DNA of 64,000 nt, from assembly GCA_963669175.1 (NCBI GenBank), contig OY769902.1, positions 3,872,001 to 3,936,000 of the forward strand, read 5' to 3'. This DNA comes from a bacterium. Its GTDB lineage: Bacteria > Electryoneota > Electryoneia > Electryoneales > Electryoneaceae. The notes under the pieces are model-generated. The model did not search any database. It saw nothing but the letters and a program-made list of their open reading frames with translations, and was not told the DNA's origin. The position numbers were made by a program, and so were the translations under genes. Shown one piece after another: positions 28,567 through 38,732 of this stretch. Each line of letters begins with the position of its first letter. The stretch's first letter is position 1.

Positions 28567-29880
28567 ATGATGAATCTGCTAGATCGTTACATCGTAAAAG
28601 AGCACATTGCTCCCTTCTTCATGAGCATCTCCATGATCATGCTCATCTTCATCCTGAATCTGCTTTTCAGGATGTTGAGGCGTATTGTGGGGCAAGGACT
28701 GCCGCTTAATGTAATAGGTGAGTTCTTCTTCCTTAACCTGGCCTGGATTCTTACGTTAGCGATCCCCATGGCAGTACTGATGGCCTGTTTGATCGCATAT
28801 GGACGCATGGCCAGCGACATGGAAATCGTAGCGCTGAAGGCGTCCGGCGTGGGGGTTGTTCGCCTGATGAGACCCATGATTATCGTCGGTCTCCTGATCG
28901 GTGGAGCCACTTTTTATTTCATGGATCAGATACTACCTGACTTCAATTACCGAAATAAACTGCTGACCATATCCATTCGAAGAAAGAAGCCGAATATTGC
29001 AATCAAGGAAGGCATATTTACACGTGAACTCAGCAAACAGACCATACTAGTGCGTGAGATCAATGAAGAAACCGGCATACTGTACTCGGTAAAGATTTTT
29101 GACGATGGGAATCCAGAACAACCTGCGACAGTGGTAGCAGACTCTGGCATGCTGACTTACATCGACACACTGGGGATGTACCAGTTCAGGCTCTACAGCG
29201 GCTCCATACACCAGATGAAACCTTCTGAGCCGGAATCTTATGAAACTCTTGATTTTACGGAATCCATTTTCAGAATAAATTCCCCTGAACAGAATTTGCA
29301 TTTGCGTGAAAGGGGGTATCGCGGCGACCGTGAGCTTGATTTGGAGGGATTAAGCCGACGTATTGAAGAGCTGCGTGGTCGTCCCAATGCGGACCAGTTG
29401 ACCAAACAGATCAACCGTTATCGGGTGGAGTATCATAAAAAATACTCTATCCCGGCTGCGACACTCATCTTTGTCCTGATTGGAGCGCCGTTGGGAATCA
29501 AGCTCAGGAAAGGAGGCGCCGGTACCAGTGTTGTCCTGTCCATCAGCTTCTTTCTGGTTTACTGGATATTCCTGATCGGCGGTGAAGACATCGGCGACCG
29601 TGGCTGGATACATCCCGGTCTCGCTATGTGGGCGCCCAATATTCTGCTGGGCTTGTTCGGTATCTTCCTGATTCATATGGAAACCAGGTCGCACAGCACT
29701 CTACGGATGCCATGGCAGAAAAAGGGTACGGTTGAAGTGGTGGCTTCTGATAACTGGCATCTTTCCAGCGAAGAGATCGAAAAACTGGCTGAAGCGGAAC
29801 TTGCCAAACAGCAAGAGCCGACGCCTTCAGAAGAAACTGGTGATGAGCCCGTTGACGAATCCCGGGAGGATTCGCAATGA
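28567..29880 (+). CDS. lptF: LPS export permease LptF/LptG family (LptF-like)
   Basis: LDRYI, P.AVL.ACL..YGRM..D.E..ALKASG and IGAPLG motifs. Confidence 0.85.
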   Translation: MMNLLDRYIVKEHIAPFFMSISMIMLIFILNLLFRMLRRIVGQGLPLNVIGEFFFLNLAWILTLAIPMAVLMACLIAYGRMASDMEIVALKASGVGVVRLMRPMIIVGLLIGGATFYFMDQILPDFNYRNKLLTISIRRKKPNIAIKEGIFTRELSKQTILVREINEETGILYSVKIFDDGNPEQPATVVADSGMLTYIDTLGMYQFRLYSGSIHQMKPSEPESYETLDFTESIFRINSPEQNLHLRERGYRGDRELDLEGLSRRIEELRGRPNADQLTKQINRYRVEYHKKYSIPAATLIFVLIGAPLGIKLRKGGAGTSVVLSISFFLVYWIFLIGGEDIGDRGWIHPGLAMWAPNILLGLFGIFLIHMETRSHSTLRMPWQKKGTVEVVASDNWHLSSEEIEKLAEAELAKQQEPTPSEETGDEPVDESREDSQ

Positions 29881-30950
29881 AGCGCATCGACCGTTATGTT
29901 TCTTCACGTTTCTTCACCTTTTTCTTCCTGTCAATCCTGATCGCACTGGTGATTTACCTGGTAGTAGATCCGATTGAAAATCTGGATAAATTTCTCGACA
30001 AAGGTGTCCCAACCAAGGATATCTTCAAGTATTACGTGCTGTATATCCCCTACATCATGTATTTGACTTACCCTGTTGCCATGTTGCTGGCGACTCTGAT
30101 CAGTATCGGCGGTCTGAATTCAAGCCGTGAACTGCTGGCCATGACGGCATCGGGAATTCCGCTTCACCGTCACCTGCTGAACCTTGGTTTTATTGGGCTG
30201 GTCATGAGTATTCTCGCCTTTTACTGGGGAGAAACTCTTGTCCCCTACACCAACAAGGAACGCATGGCGATCTGGCGTGAACAGGTGAAGAAAAAGGTGG
30301 ACTGGCGGCTCCTTGATCAGGGGCAGGTTTACCTTCAGGTATCCAAAACCGAAATCCTTCACCTGAATCTATATCAACCACGTCATCAGCTCGGTCATGG
30401 TATGGATTTGTTTGTCTTCGAGAACAATCGGATCAAGGAACGGTTCAGCGCGAAGACCTTATCCTGGAATGGCAAACAGTGGATCGCCAACGCGGTCATG
30501 CGCCGTGAATTTACCGATCATGGCGAATACATTGACCGATTGCAGCGTTTGGAGATGAACTTCAAACTTGTTCCGGATGACTTCATCGAGCTTCAGGTTG
30601 AGCCCGAGGAAATGGGCTATGAGGAACTGAAGCGGTTTGTTGAACGCATCCGTATCACCGGCGGGTCCATCGAAAAATGGCAGGTTGACCTGCATTCCAA
30701 GATCGCCATGCCTTTTGCCGGGGTTATTATCATCCTCTTCGGCCTCCCCATCTCCTCCACCTTCAGGCGTAGTGGCATGGTGTTGGGTTTCGGGATGAGT
30801 GTTGCCGTAGCGTTTATATATTTCGGCCTGTTGCAGGTGGGGAAAGTGCTGGGCTACAAGGAAATACTTGATCCATTCTTGGCTGCCTGGCTGGGCAACA
30901 TTGTCTTCCTTGCCATTGGATCGATTCTATACGTTCGTGCACCTAAATAG
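29877..30950 (+). CDS. lptG: LPS export permease LptF/LptG family (LptG-like)
   Basis: IDRYV, ELLAMTASG and AAWLGN; ATGA overlap with the previous gene. Confidence 0.85.
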   Translation: MKRIDRYVSSRFFTFFFLSILIALVIYLVVDPIENLDKFLDKGVPTKDIFKYYVLYIPYIMYLTYPVAMLLATLISIGGLNSSRELLAMTASGIPLHRHLLNLGFIGLVMSILAFYWGETLVPYTNKERMAIWREQVKKKVDWRLLDQGQVYLQVSKTEILHLNLYQPRHQLGHGMDLFVFENNRIKERFSAKTLSWNGKQWIANAVMRREFTDHGEYIDRLQRLEMNFKLVPDDFIELQVEPEEMGYEELKRFVERIRITGGSIEKWQVDLHSKIAMPFAGVIIILFGLPISSTFRRSGMVLGFGMSVAVAFIYFGLLQVGKVLGYKEILDPFLAAWLGNIVFLAIGSILYVRAPK

Positions 30951-30961
30951 AGGGTAAAACA

Positions 30962-31510
30962 GTGATATTCCATCAGACATCTATTCCGGGTGTTGTTGAA
31001 ATTGAAGCAAAGATCCTGGGAGATTCTCGCGGCTATTTCATGGAATTTTATCATCAGGACAGGTTTCGCGAAGCCGGGATCGATGTATCATTTGTCCAGG
31101 ACAATATGAGCAGTTCCACTAAAAATGTCCTTCGCGGTTTGCACTACCAGTTGGGCAAACCCCAGGGAAAACTTGTTTCCGTTTTCCGCGGCGAAGTGTT
31201 TGATGTAGCGGTAGACATTCGGAAAGGCAGCCCGACGTTTGGCAAGTGGACCTATACCATCCTGACGGAAGAGAAGCATAACGCCCTGTATATCCCGCCG
31301 GGCTTCGCGCATGGATTCTGTGTGCTCTCCGATTATGCCGAATTCTTTTACAAGTGTTCCGAGCTGTATTATCCCCAGGGCGACCGTTCGATCCGCTGGA
31401 ATGATCCAGAGATTGGTGTGGAATGGCCGGTAAAAGCCCCGTTGCTGTCTGACAAGGACAAGCTTGCCCCATTCATGAAAGACGCCGAGTTGACAACCTA
31501 CAACGGATAG
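30962..31510 (+). CDS. rfbC: dTDP-4-dehydrorhamnose 3,5-epimerase
   Basis: GDSRGYF, QDN.S.S..NVLRGLHYQ, DVAVDIRKGSPTFG and GFAHGF. Confidence 0.96.
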   Translation: MIFHQTSIPGVVEIEAKILGDSRGYFMEFYHQDRFREAGIDVSFVQDNMSSSTKNVLRGLHYQLGKPQGKLVSVFRGEVFDVAVDIRKGSPTFGKWTYTILTEEKHNALYIPPGFAHGFCVLSDYAEFFYKCSELYYPQGDRSIRWNDPEIGVEWPVKAPLLSDKDKLAPFMKDAELTTYNG

Positions 31511-31522
31511 AGGGAGGAAAAC

Positions 31523-32014
31523 GTGATTGCCAATGAACCGGTAGTCCCCTTCAAGTGGCAACGACGTTTTATCGAGCTGGCCCGTTTCTGGGCGCAGTTT
31601 ATGACCTGCGACCGTGCCCAGGTCGGCGCGATTATCGTAAAGGGAAAGCGTGTGATCGCCTCCGGGTACGGCGGCGCTCCTTCAGGATCGAAGACCTGTG
31701 ATGAAATCGGCCATGCCATGGTTGGTAATCACTGTGTGCGCACGGTTCACGCGGAAATGAACGCCATCGCCCAGGCGGCGCGGTTCGGGCCATCTGTCGA
31801 TGGTTGTGACATGTATTGTACGGTTATGCCCTGCTGGAATTGCGCGAAAATGATTGCGGCGTGTGGTATCGCTCGAGTGTATTATGTCGAAGAATATCAT
31901 CCGGAAGAATGGGAATTCTACAAAGCGCTCTACGATGGCCTCCAGACGGAATTTATTCACCTGGATCTTAGTAAGGCGACTGAACAGAGCGATGGCGATC
32001 CGAAGGAATGGTGA
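31523..32014 (+). CDS. dCMP deaminase / ComEB family
   Basis: VGAIIV, HAEMNA and PCWNC zinc-binding motifs. Confidence 0.9.
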   Translation: MIANEPVVPFKWQRRFIELARFWAQFMTCDRAQVGAIIVKGKRVIASGYGGAPSGSKTCDEIGHAMVGNHCVRTVHAEMNAIAQAARFGPSVDGCDMYCTVMPCWNCAKMIAACGIARVYYVEEYHPEEWEFYKALYDGLQTEFIHLDLSKATEQSDGDPKEW

Positions 32015-32065
32015 TGTGAAGTTTGAAGGTTATAAAGTTAATGCAAGTGAAATGGGAAAATGGCG

Positions 32066-32269
32066 AAAATGGGGACTGCTACACTTTTTCGCTTGTGAGT
32101 ATTTCGATAGTTGTTGATAGGACTATTTTGTAAGCATGAGCATTCATTCCCGAGAAGACATGTTGCGAAAAAGGTAGCTGTCCCAGCATTTTCCTACTCC
32201 GGATTTTGCTACTATGGCGTTCACATATTTACGGAATAAGCGAAAAAGGTAGCTGTCCCAGCATTTTCC
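32066..32269. repeat. REP-like cluster, family C: one left unit and two identical 30-bp right units
   Basis: AAAATGGGGACTGCTACACTTTTTCGC (32066-32092) faces GCGAAAAAGGTAGCTGTCCCAGCATTTTCC at 32165 and 32240. Confidence 0.65.
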
Positions 32270-32372
32270 CTACCCGTTTTCCTGAACAATAAATCCTGTT
32301 TCCACTTGCCGATTTTGCTCATCTCCCCTACCTTGGGACATGATGAGGGTATAAACCGGGCATAGAAAACCC

Positions 32373-33218
32373 ATGAGTGATTCGATCTCCATCGCACGCC
32401 GTCTCATCGCGACCACCACAGACCTCCCGGTGCTGGATCCAGTGGTGACTCGTGTGTTGCAGCTTGTCTCCGACCTTGAAACGGACCCGTCCGACCTTGC
32501 CCGTGAAATTACACGTGATCCTTCCCTGAGCGCTCGCGTTTTAAAACTCAGCAATTCAGCCATGATGGGGCTGCCACGCAAAGTGGATACACTGGAACGC
32601 GCCATTCTCACCCTTGGGTTCCAGGAAATCAGGAACCTGGTTTTGCTTACCGCGACCTATGATTTTGTCAGTCGTGGTACTGATCAGCGGCTCTTTGTTC
32701 CGTTGTGGGAACACTTCATTACGGTTGCTATCTCCGCCCGTTTTATTGCTGAGCTCTGGGTGCCGGAGACCCGGGATCACGCGCACCTTGCCGGGCTGAT
32801 GCATGATTTGGGAAAAGTCGTCTTTGCCATCCGTTTCCCGGATCAATACGTCGAGATTCTCCTGAATCGTGACAATGGACCGGGTGAGTCGCTGGAGCAT
32901 GAAATGCGCCTCTTTGGCTGCAATCACCAGCAATTAGGCCGTATCATGCTGGAAGAGTGGAACTTTCCGGAAGTATTTGTCGAAGTGGCCGGTGATCATC
33001 ATGGAACGACCGATGGGAACGGATCATCAGTCGTTTTATCAGAAGTGATCGAGCTGAGTGATTTGCTTGCCTATGTCATCCGTGGACGTTCTATTTCTCC
33101 GGAACATGCACTGGAACTATTACAAGCTCTGAATATTCCACGTGATGGATGGTTGGAATTGCCCGACCGGGTTCGTGAGCGAATCCAGATCGAACGTGAT
33201 GCTTTGGAGCGACCATGA
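32373..33218 (+). CDS. HDOD domain protein
   Basis: DPSLSARVLKLSNS, AILTLG, AGLMHDLGK and W.FP...HH. Confidence 0.92.
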   Translation: MSDSISIARRLIATTTDLPVLDPVVTRVLQLVSDLETDPSDLAREITRDPSLSARVLKLSNSAMMGLPRKVDTLERAILTLGFQEIRNLVLLTATYDFVSRGTDQRLFVPLWEHFITVAISARFIAELWVPETRDHAHLAGLMHDLGKVVFAIRFPDQYVEILLNRDNGPGESLEHEMRLFGCNHQQLGRIMLEEWNFPEVFVEVAGDHHGTTDGNGSSVVLSEVIELSDLLAYVIRGRSISPEHALELLQALNIPRDGWLELPDRVRERIQIERDALERP

Positions 33219-34723
33219 GTACTGGACAGCGAAAAAAAGAGTATTTGAAATATGTCGAGCAAAAGGGCAACCTTGAGAGCTACTCCCCCATCGCCCTGAA
33301 GATCAAGCAGGTTGCAGAAGATCCCAACGCATCCGCGGCGGACCTGGCCAACGTCATCCTGCACGATCACGCTTTGACCACGAAGGTTCTGAAACTGGCC
33401 AATTCGTCCTATTACGCTCATTACCGTCGCCAGATCACAACCCTTACCCACGCCATTGTCCTGATGGGGTTTAACACCATACGCAACATGGCATTGACCC
33501 TGTCTATTATCGAACGCTTCCAGCGTGGTGGCATCACCAGCAAGTTCGACATGCGCCAGTTCTGGATTCATAGCCTGTCCGCGGCAATCTGCGCCACTCG
33601 TCTGGCTGAAAAAGTCGGGTACAAGGCCAAGGAAGAGGCGTATGTCGCAGGATTCCTGCATGACCTGGGACGCTTGGCTATTGGCGCTTTCACCCCGATT
33701 GACTATGAAAAGATATATGAACGAGAAGCGCGTGGGATTCCATCACTTCAGGCCGAGCTCCAGATTATCGGCGTATACCATTCCGAAGTCGGGGCACACC
33801 TTGCCAGGCAGTGGAACTTCCCGGAAACCCTGGTCAATGTGATCGAAGGGCATCACCGTATCGGGATGACGGAAGACAAGCGCAGTGGCGATGCGCTGAT
33901 TGATATCGTCTTCATTGCCAACCTGATGGCCCATCGCATCTTCCCCAGCGACCGTGGCGGGAAGGTGTATATCCGTGATCTGAAACGTCAGGCGTTGTTC
34001 TGGTTCCGCTTGCAGGGTGAAGAAGTTGACGACATCATCGAATCTGTAAAAAGTGACATTATAGAAACAGCGGAAGAGCTTGCCATCCCTGTAAGTGGTC
34101 GTGATATCAAGAGTATGCAGCAACGTACCATCGCGCAGGATGCCGAAGAGACGCCGCCTGAGATTAAACCGGAAGACAGGAAAGAATTCGATTCCTTGCG
34201 TGCGGCGCTGCATCGAAAAGAAATCGAGAATAAGCTGATGCTGGAGCTGACCCGTGCTTATCTGTCGGCGACCAGCTCAGAAGAGGTGTTGACCTGCCTG
34301 ACAGAAAGCATATACCGTCATGGCCTGTTCACGAAAGTCCTGTTGATGCAGGTAAACCGTTCTGATGGTGTACTCGAAGCCACTCTCGGCTATGGTGTGC
34401 CATCCCAGCAGACGGTTAAAGGCCTTTTCTGCCGTTTCAGCAACGAGGAAAACCTGTTCATCCAGACCATGAACAAAGGCAAGCCTGAGCTGGTTGTGGA
34501 TGTCACCAAACCGGTGTACCAGGACAGGCTGGGACGTGATTTTATCAAGGATTTCAACATCGGGATTTTTGCGGCGGTTCCGATTGTCCTGCGTGACCAG
34601 GCTGAAGCTGTGCTGATTGTCGGCTATCCGAGCGGTGACCTGATTATCACCGACGAGATGGTTGAAACGGTGGATACCCTGGCGCAACAGGCAGGCATCG
34701 CCATGGAGAGATTCGTTAAATAG
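33215..34723 (+). CDS. HDOD domain protein with C-terminal GAF domain
   Basis: VLKLANSSYY, WIHS and GFLHDLGR; C-terminal FAAVPIV...LAQQAGIAME GAF pattern. Confidence 0.88.
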   Translation: MSTGQRKKEYLKYVEQKGNLESYSPIALKIKQVAEDPNASAADLANVILHDHALTTKVLKLANSSYYAHYRRQITTLTHAIVLMGFNTIRNMALTLSIIERFQRGGITSKFDMRQFWIHSLSAAICATRLAEKVGYKAKEEAYVAGFLHDLGRLAIGAFTPIDYEKIYEREARGIPSLQAELQIIGVYHSEVGAHLARQWNFPETLVNVIEGHHRIGMTEDKRSGDALIDIVFIANLMAHRIFPSDRGGKVYIRDLKRQALFWFRLQGEEVDDIIESVKSDIIETAEELAIPVSGRDIKSMQQRTIAQDAEETPPEIKPEDRKEFDSLRAALHRKEIENKLMLELTRAYLSATSSEEVLTCLTESIYRHGLFTKVLLMQVNRSDGVLEATLGYGVPSQQTVKGLFCRFSNEENLFIQTMNKGKPELVVDVTKPVYQDRLGRDFIKDFNIGIFAAVPIVLRDQAEAVLIVGYPSGDLIITDEMVETVDTLAQQAGIAMERFVK

Positions 34724-34745
34724 CGTACCAAGACATAAACAGGGC

Positions 34746-34830
34746 GGAAAATGGGACTGTTACCTTTTCATTTTTATTAAATTACAACCTTATAACAAGC
34801 ATATCCGAAAAGGTAACTGTACCTGATTTT
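34746..34830. repeat. REP-like inverted pair, family C
   Basis: GGAAAATGGGACTGTTACCTTTTC ... GAAAAGGTAACTGTACCTGATTTT, similar to the units at 32066-32269. Confidence 0.6.
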
Positions 34831-34898
34831 TCGCCTGCGATAAAGACAAGGTCTGGGCTGAAAAGTGCCGAGAACCTACCCTGTACCTCGTATTATCC

Positions 34899-37688
34899 TC
34901 ACTTCACCAGTGTCATCTTCTGCACCTGAACCTGGCCTTCCCACTGTCCACGGATAAAATAGACTCCTGACGCCAATGGCTGCCCGGCCTTATTGTTGCC
35001 ATCCCAGGTCACCTCATGCACCCCCGCGTTGGCACCCCCGTTCCACAAGGTGCAAACTTCACGTCCCAGCACGTCAAAGACAGCAACCCGGACATTCCCG
35101 GCTGCCGGCAGTGAATACTGGATGCGGGTTGTCGAGTTGAACGGATTCGGCCAGGGCGCCGCAAGTGAAAAAGTGGCAGGCACAAGCGATGTTTCATCAT
35201 CTCGTCCAACTCCCTGCGATCCATTGCTGTCCATTTTCTGGACCAGGTTGTACGATTGTTTCCTGATGTTGATCACCAGGTCACCGTTCGAATCGACATA
35301 GAAGAAACGGTTGTCCCCGAATCCGACACTCAGGTCAGCAACATAGCCAGCCCCCTCAAGCCCATATCCCTCCACAGGATTCAGATCAGCATTAAACAGG
35401 TAGGCACGGTTGCTTCCGCAAACCCAGAGACCTCCATGCCCGGTGGGCAGCATGCTGACGATGGAATCACCTTCTGCAAAGGAAACAAGTTGCGGGCCCG
35501 GTACGCCAGCCATGTCAAACGCCCTGATTTTCCAGTCAGTGTGTCCTGCAATCCGGTACACCAGGTAAACGTCATCATCCTGAAAAGCCGCGTATGCATC
35601 AGGCCCGATCAGGGCATTAACCAGGCACATATACCTGAGTTCACGGTGTTCATTCACATACTCAACCAGGGGAATAGCCTGTTGTGTTTCTCCGCTGAAC
35701 CTGTCATAGGAACAAAGAGTTATTGTGGAATCGTAGTAAACGACAGAACGCGCAACCGTATCATCCAACGTCACATCCAACATGATACCGGGGTTGTCAT
35801 GCTCATAGGAAACCGGCTCACGTGTATCCCGGTCAATTCCCCAGAAGAAACGATGCTCCATATTCAACGAATCCCTGAACGCGAACAACACGGTATTGTC
35901 AATACATTTTTTCACAATATCGACATCTGGCGGCAGGCTGAGTTCCGTCGGGATTGGAACAGGCTCAATGATATCACCATCGAGTTCTCCATTTGCATCG
36001 ACAAACGCAAGGCGACGGTGTTCTTCCAAGGATTCATCACCTTGAAAGAACAGTACCGGGTAAGGCGGTTCCGGGAGATCGAACATGGCATCACGAAAAC
36101 AGAAACGCTCCGATTCAGGGAAAGGATACACCAGTGTTTCATTCAACTGTGGTTCTCCAGAGCTGTCATAACGCTGCAATCCCTTTCCTGATGACAACCA
36201 GACGTCAGATCCAATCCCGGAAAGTATCCTGAATGCACCATTTTCTTCTGTTCTCAGTACTTCAATCCTGGTTGTGCTTTCGCTCCATTCACCATCATTG
36301 TTCAGGAGATGGATACCATAGAATGAGGGAGGCGCCCAATCGGGGTAATCCCATCGCTGTTCCTCCCACTGTACCCATAGTTGCGCGTCGGCTACAGGTC
36401 CCATCGAGGATAACCCGTACAGAGAATTGGAATGAAGCCCGAAAACAGGCTCCGCAGTCGTGTCAACATCGCCTGTATTCAGGCTCCAAACAGCTCGCGA
36501 GTCCAGTCGGTCCGCATAGGTCCAGAACCCGGAGTTGGTTTCCTGCCCTATTGCGCCACCAAGCATCCGGTTCGGAAACCGGCTTACCCAGTTTACATGG
36601 CCCTCGTAATCGAAATAATACAAACTGTCTTCACCGACACCCAGCAGGGAATTGTCATACCGGGGATACATTACGGTGAAGTCTTCGGCATGGCAGATTA
36701 CTCGTGTGTATTCATAATCAAACTCAATGCCTGAATAGGTATAACAGAGCAGGCGTGTGTTTCCCATGGCATAGTCGTAACCAGTAGCATAAAAACGGTT
36801 TTCGGCGCAACCGCCTTCGGGAATCCAGTAATTGTCCGGCAGAGAAGCGCCATCAATATATTCTCCGTCAAAAGAATTCAATTCTATCATCTGGTAAGAA
36901 TTAAATACTTCGTAGGCTATAAACAGCTTGTTGGAAAGGATCTTTATTACTGCTTTACGCGCATCTTCTATCCCCTCTTCACAAAGCTGCTCAAGTCCAT
37001 TTTCCTCATCGTAGTGATAAAGCGCATAACAAGCATTGTTTGCGCCATCACCAACGATCGCAATATATACTTCATCATCCATGATATATCGGGTATCAAA
37101 GTGCCGAATGTAGCCAAAGCTGTTGATCAGGGTTTCTATTTCCTCACCTGTAGTCTGATCTAAAACAGCCATCAGGCTGTTTACTGAATTGGTGTTCGCG
37201 ATAACAAGCACAGCGTTCGGCAGAATTTCAAGTCCGCAATAGTCAAGACTGAGATTCTCATAATCGAACTGGTAACTCCACAGCAGTTCCCCATCCTCAT
37301 CCACCTTGTACACATACATGATCTCATTACGTTCGTCACCGGCCAGCAGGTAACGTCCGCCAGTATCATCCATACGCCAACTGTAAATATTCTCCTGGTA
37401 AACATCTCTGTTATAGGCAATCGTTCCGATCAGCTCCCCATTTTCGGCAAACCTGGCCTCATGAAGTTCCCCCTGAACGAAATAGTCATTCGATTGGTCA
37501 TATTGGGTCAGGATTGCATACTGCCCCCCAGCCTGAACTATCGGCCCCATGGTTTGTGCAATGGAGCTGGTACTCAGGATAGGTTTTCCGTAGTCGCCAT
37601 ACAGCCTCTGGCCGTATGAAACCGCTGTGCAACTGAACAGGAAGAGAACGACAAACAATATGGCGGGAATTCGGTTTTCTTTTCGCAT
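34899..37688 (-). CDS. Secreted beta-propeller-like protein with Por/T9SS-type C-terminal sorting domain
   Basis: Signal peptide and C-terminal PWPNPFNSTTRI.Y.LP....V...VFDVLGREV...WDG...ASGVYF...KMTLVK. Confidence 0.85.
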   Translation of the reverse strand: MRKENRIPAILFVVLFLFSCTAVSYGQRLYGDYGKPILSTSSIAQTMGPIVQAGGQYAILTQYDQSNDYFVQGELHEARFAENGELIGTIAYNRDVYQENIYSWRMDDTGGRYLLAGDERNEIMYVYKVDEDGELLWSYQFDYENLSLDYCGLEILPNAVLVIANTNSVNSLMAVLDQTTGEEIETLINSFGYIRHFDTRYIMDDEVYIAIVGDGANNACYALYHYDEENGLEQLCEEGIEDARKAVIKILSNKLFIAYEVFNSYQMIELNSFDGEYIDGASLPDNYWIPEGGCAENRFYATGYDYAMGNTRLLCYTYSGIEFDYEYTRVICHAEDFTVMYPRYDNSLLGVGEDSLYYFDYEGHVNWVSRFPNRMLGGAIGQETNSGFWTYADRLDSRAVWSLNTGDVDTTAEPVFGLHSNSLYGLSSMGPVADAQLWVQWEEQRWDYPDWAPPSFYGIHLLNNDGEWSESTTRIEVLRTEENGAFRILSGIGSDVWLSSGKGLQRYDSSGEPQLNETLVYPFPESERFCFRDAMFDLPEPPYPVLFFQGDESLEEHRRLAFVDANGELDGDIIEPVPIPTELSLPPDVDIVKKCIDNTVLFAFRDSLNMEHRFFWGIDRDTREPVSYEHDNPGIMLDVTLDDTVARSVVYYDSTITLCSYDRFSGETQQAIPLVEYVNEHRELRYMCLVNALIGPDAYAAFQDDDVYLVYRIAGHTDWKIRAFDMAGVPGPQLVSFAEGDSIVSMLPTGHGGLWVCGSNRAYLFNADLNPVEGYGLEGAGYVADLSVGFGDNRFFYVDSNGDLVINIRKQSYNLVQKMDSNGSQGVGRDDETSLVPATFSLAAPWPNPFNSTTRIQYSLPAAGNVRVAVFDVLGREVCTLWNGGANAGVHEVTWDGNNKAGQPLASGVYFIRGQWEGQVQVQKMTLVK

Positions 37689-38059
37689 TTTCTTGTCTCC
37701 CTCTATGCGCCCATATGTAAAATAGGATCACATTTTCATTTTTATCAACGCGATCAGGGTAGAAATAATATTTTTTTCCTGGTTCCTCGCTGTTTTGTGT
37801 GGGCATCAACATTGTGATCACATATCGAAACTTACCGTCACATCATCCCGGAAACGCTGCAGTTTGGTAATGTTGTGGCAGGTCTTGACGCGACATTCCT
37901 TTTTCGGCTTTCGCAATTTTTTTTCTGAATGCACGATGATACTGAAACCAACTCTCATCCTGTTATTGTCGCGTTGTGACCTGCCACCAGAATCAGCACT
38001 ATCGCTGTCGTCAGGTCACAACATGATGCCTGATGACGATCTATCATGTGATATATAGC

Positions 38060-38454
38060 CTGTCTCTTACCCACATCCTCTGAAAGCTTTATCAGCAAAA
38101 GGATTGTGGACATCGCATTTTTAGAATCCCGGCGGGATTCCCTATTTTAGCATAGTGTACAGGCCGTCTGTTTGGCCTGTACACTATGTCAGGATTTCTA
38201 ACGAACAATCAACCCTGGAAGGGTTGCATAATGAGCAGTCAATATTAGTTTATTCAATTATCACAGGTAATAACGTAATTTATATCCTTTATAAATCAAT
38301 TGGGTATCAATTATATTTTATGCAACCCTTTCAGGGTTGATATGAGGTTTGATCTTTTTCGTAGGGTAGGCGCTAAACAGACAGCGCCTACCCTACGCTA
38401 AAATATCCCACCCCCACGGGGTGGCAGAAACACGAAGATGTGAGTAAGAGACAG
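38060..38454 (+). mobile_element. IS50-end MITE, copy 2 (diverged), 395 bp
   Basis: Same TIRs; perfect 10-bp direct repeat GATATATAGC at 38050-38059 and 38455-38464. Confidence 0.92.
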
Positions 38455-38732
38455 GATATATAGCAGGTGTGGAGTCGAACTGATGTCTGAAATTGGGCGA
38501 AGCAAAAGGCATCACCTCAAGACCTGACGAAACGTACTCGTCGATAATATGGACAAATTCTTGTGATCAGCCTTTTTCCGAAATCGCCCGTCTTCTCTAA
38601 ATCTGGTTTGCAATGAAATTCACTCCCTCCTAACTTTTGTTCAGTATTTTAAATATACTCTTGGTTCACCAGTATCCGTTTCGTATACTCAGTACGTCTC
38701 AACATAATACGCTGGAATAAGGATACTCATTC

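Noticed and set aside
32165-32269. Two identical 30-bp repeats with a 45-bp gap as a mini-CRISPR
   Set aside because: Only two copies, and related units occur as inverted pairs at 32066 and 34746, which fits REP-like elements.
35975-35995. ELDG in the 929-aa secreted protein (and ELDL in the giant protein) as further maturation motifs
   Set aside because: They lie within apparent folded beta regions, are not preceded by a linker, and lack the fourth acidic residue.
38025-38550. Hammerhead ribozyme cores (CTGATGA / CTGACGA near MITE copy 2)
   Set aside because: No correctly placed stem II closing pair followed by GAAA, and no stems I/III.
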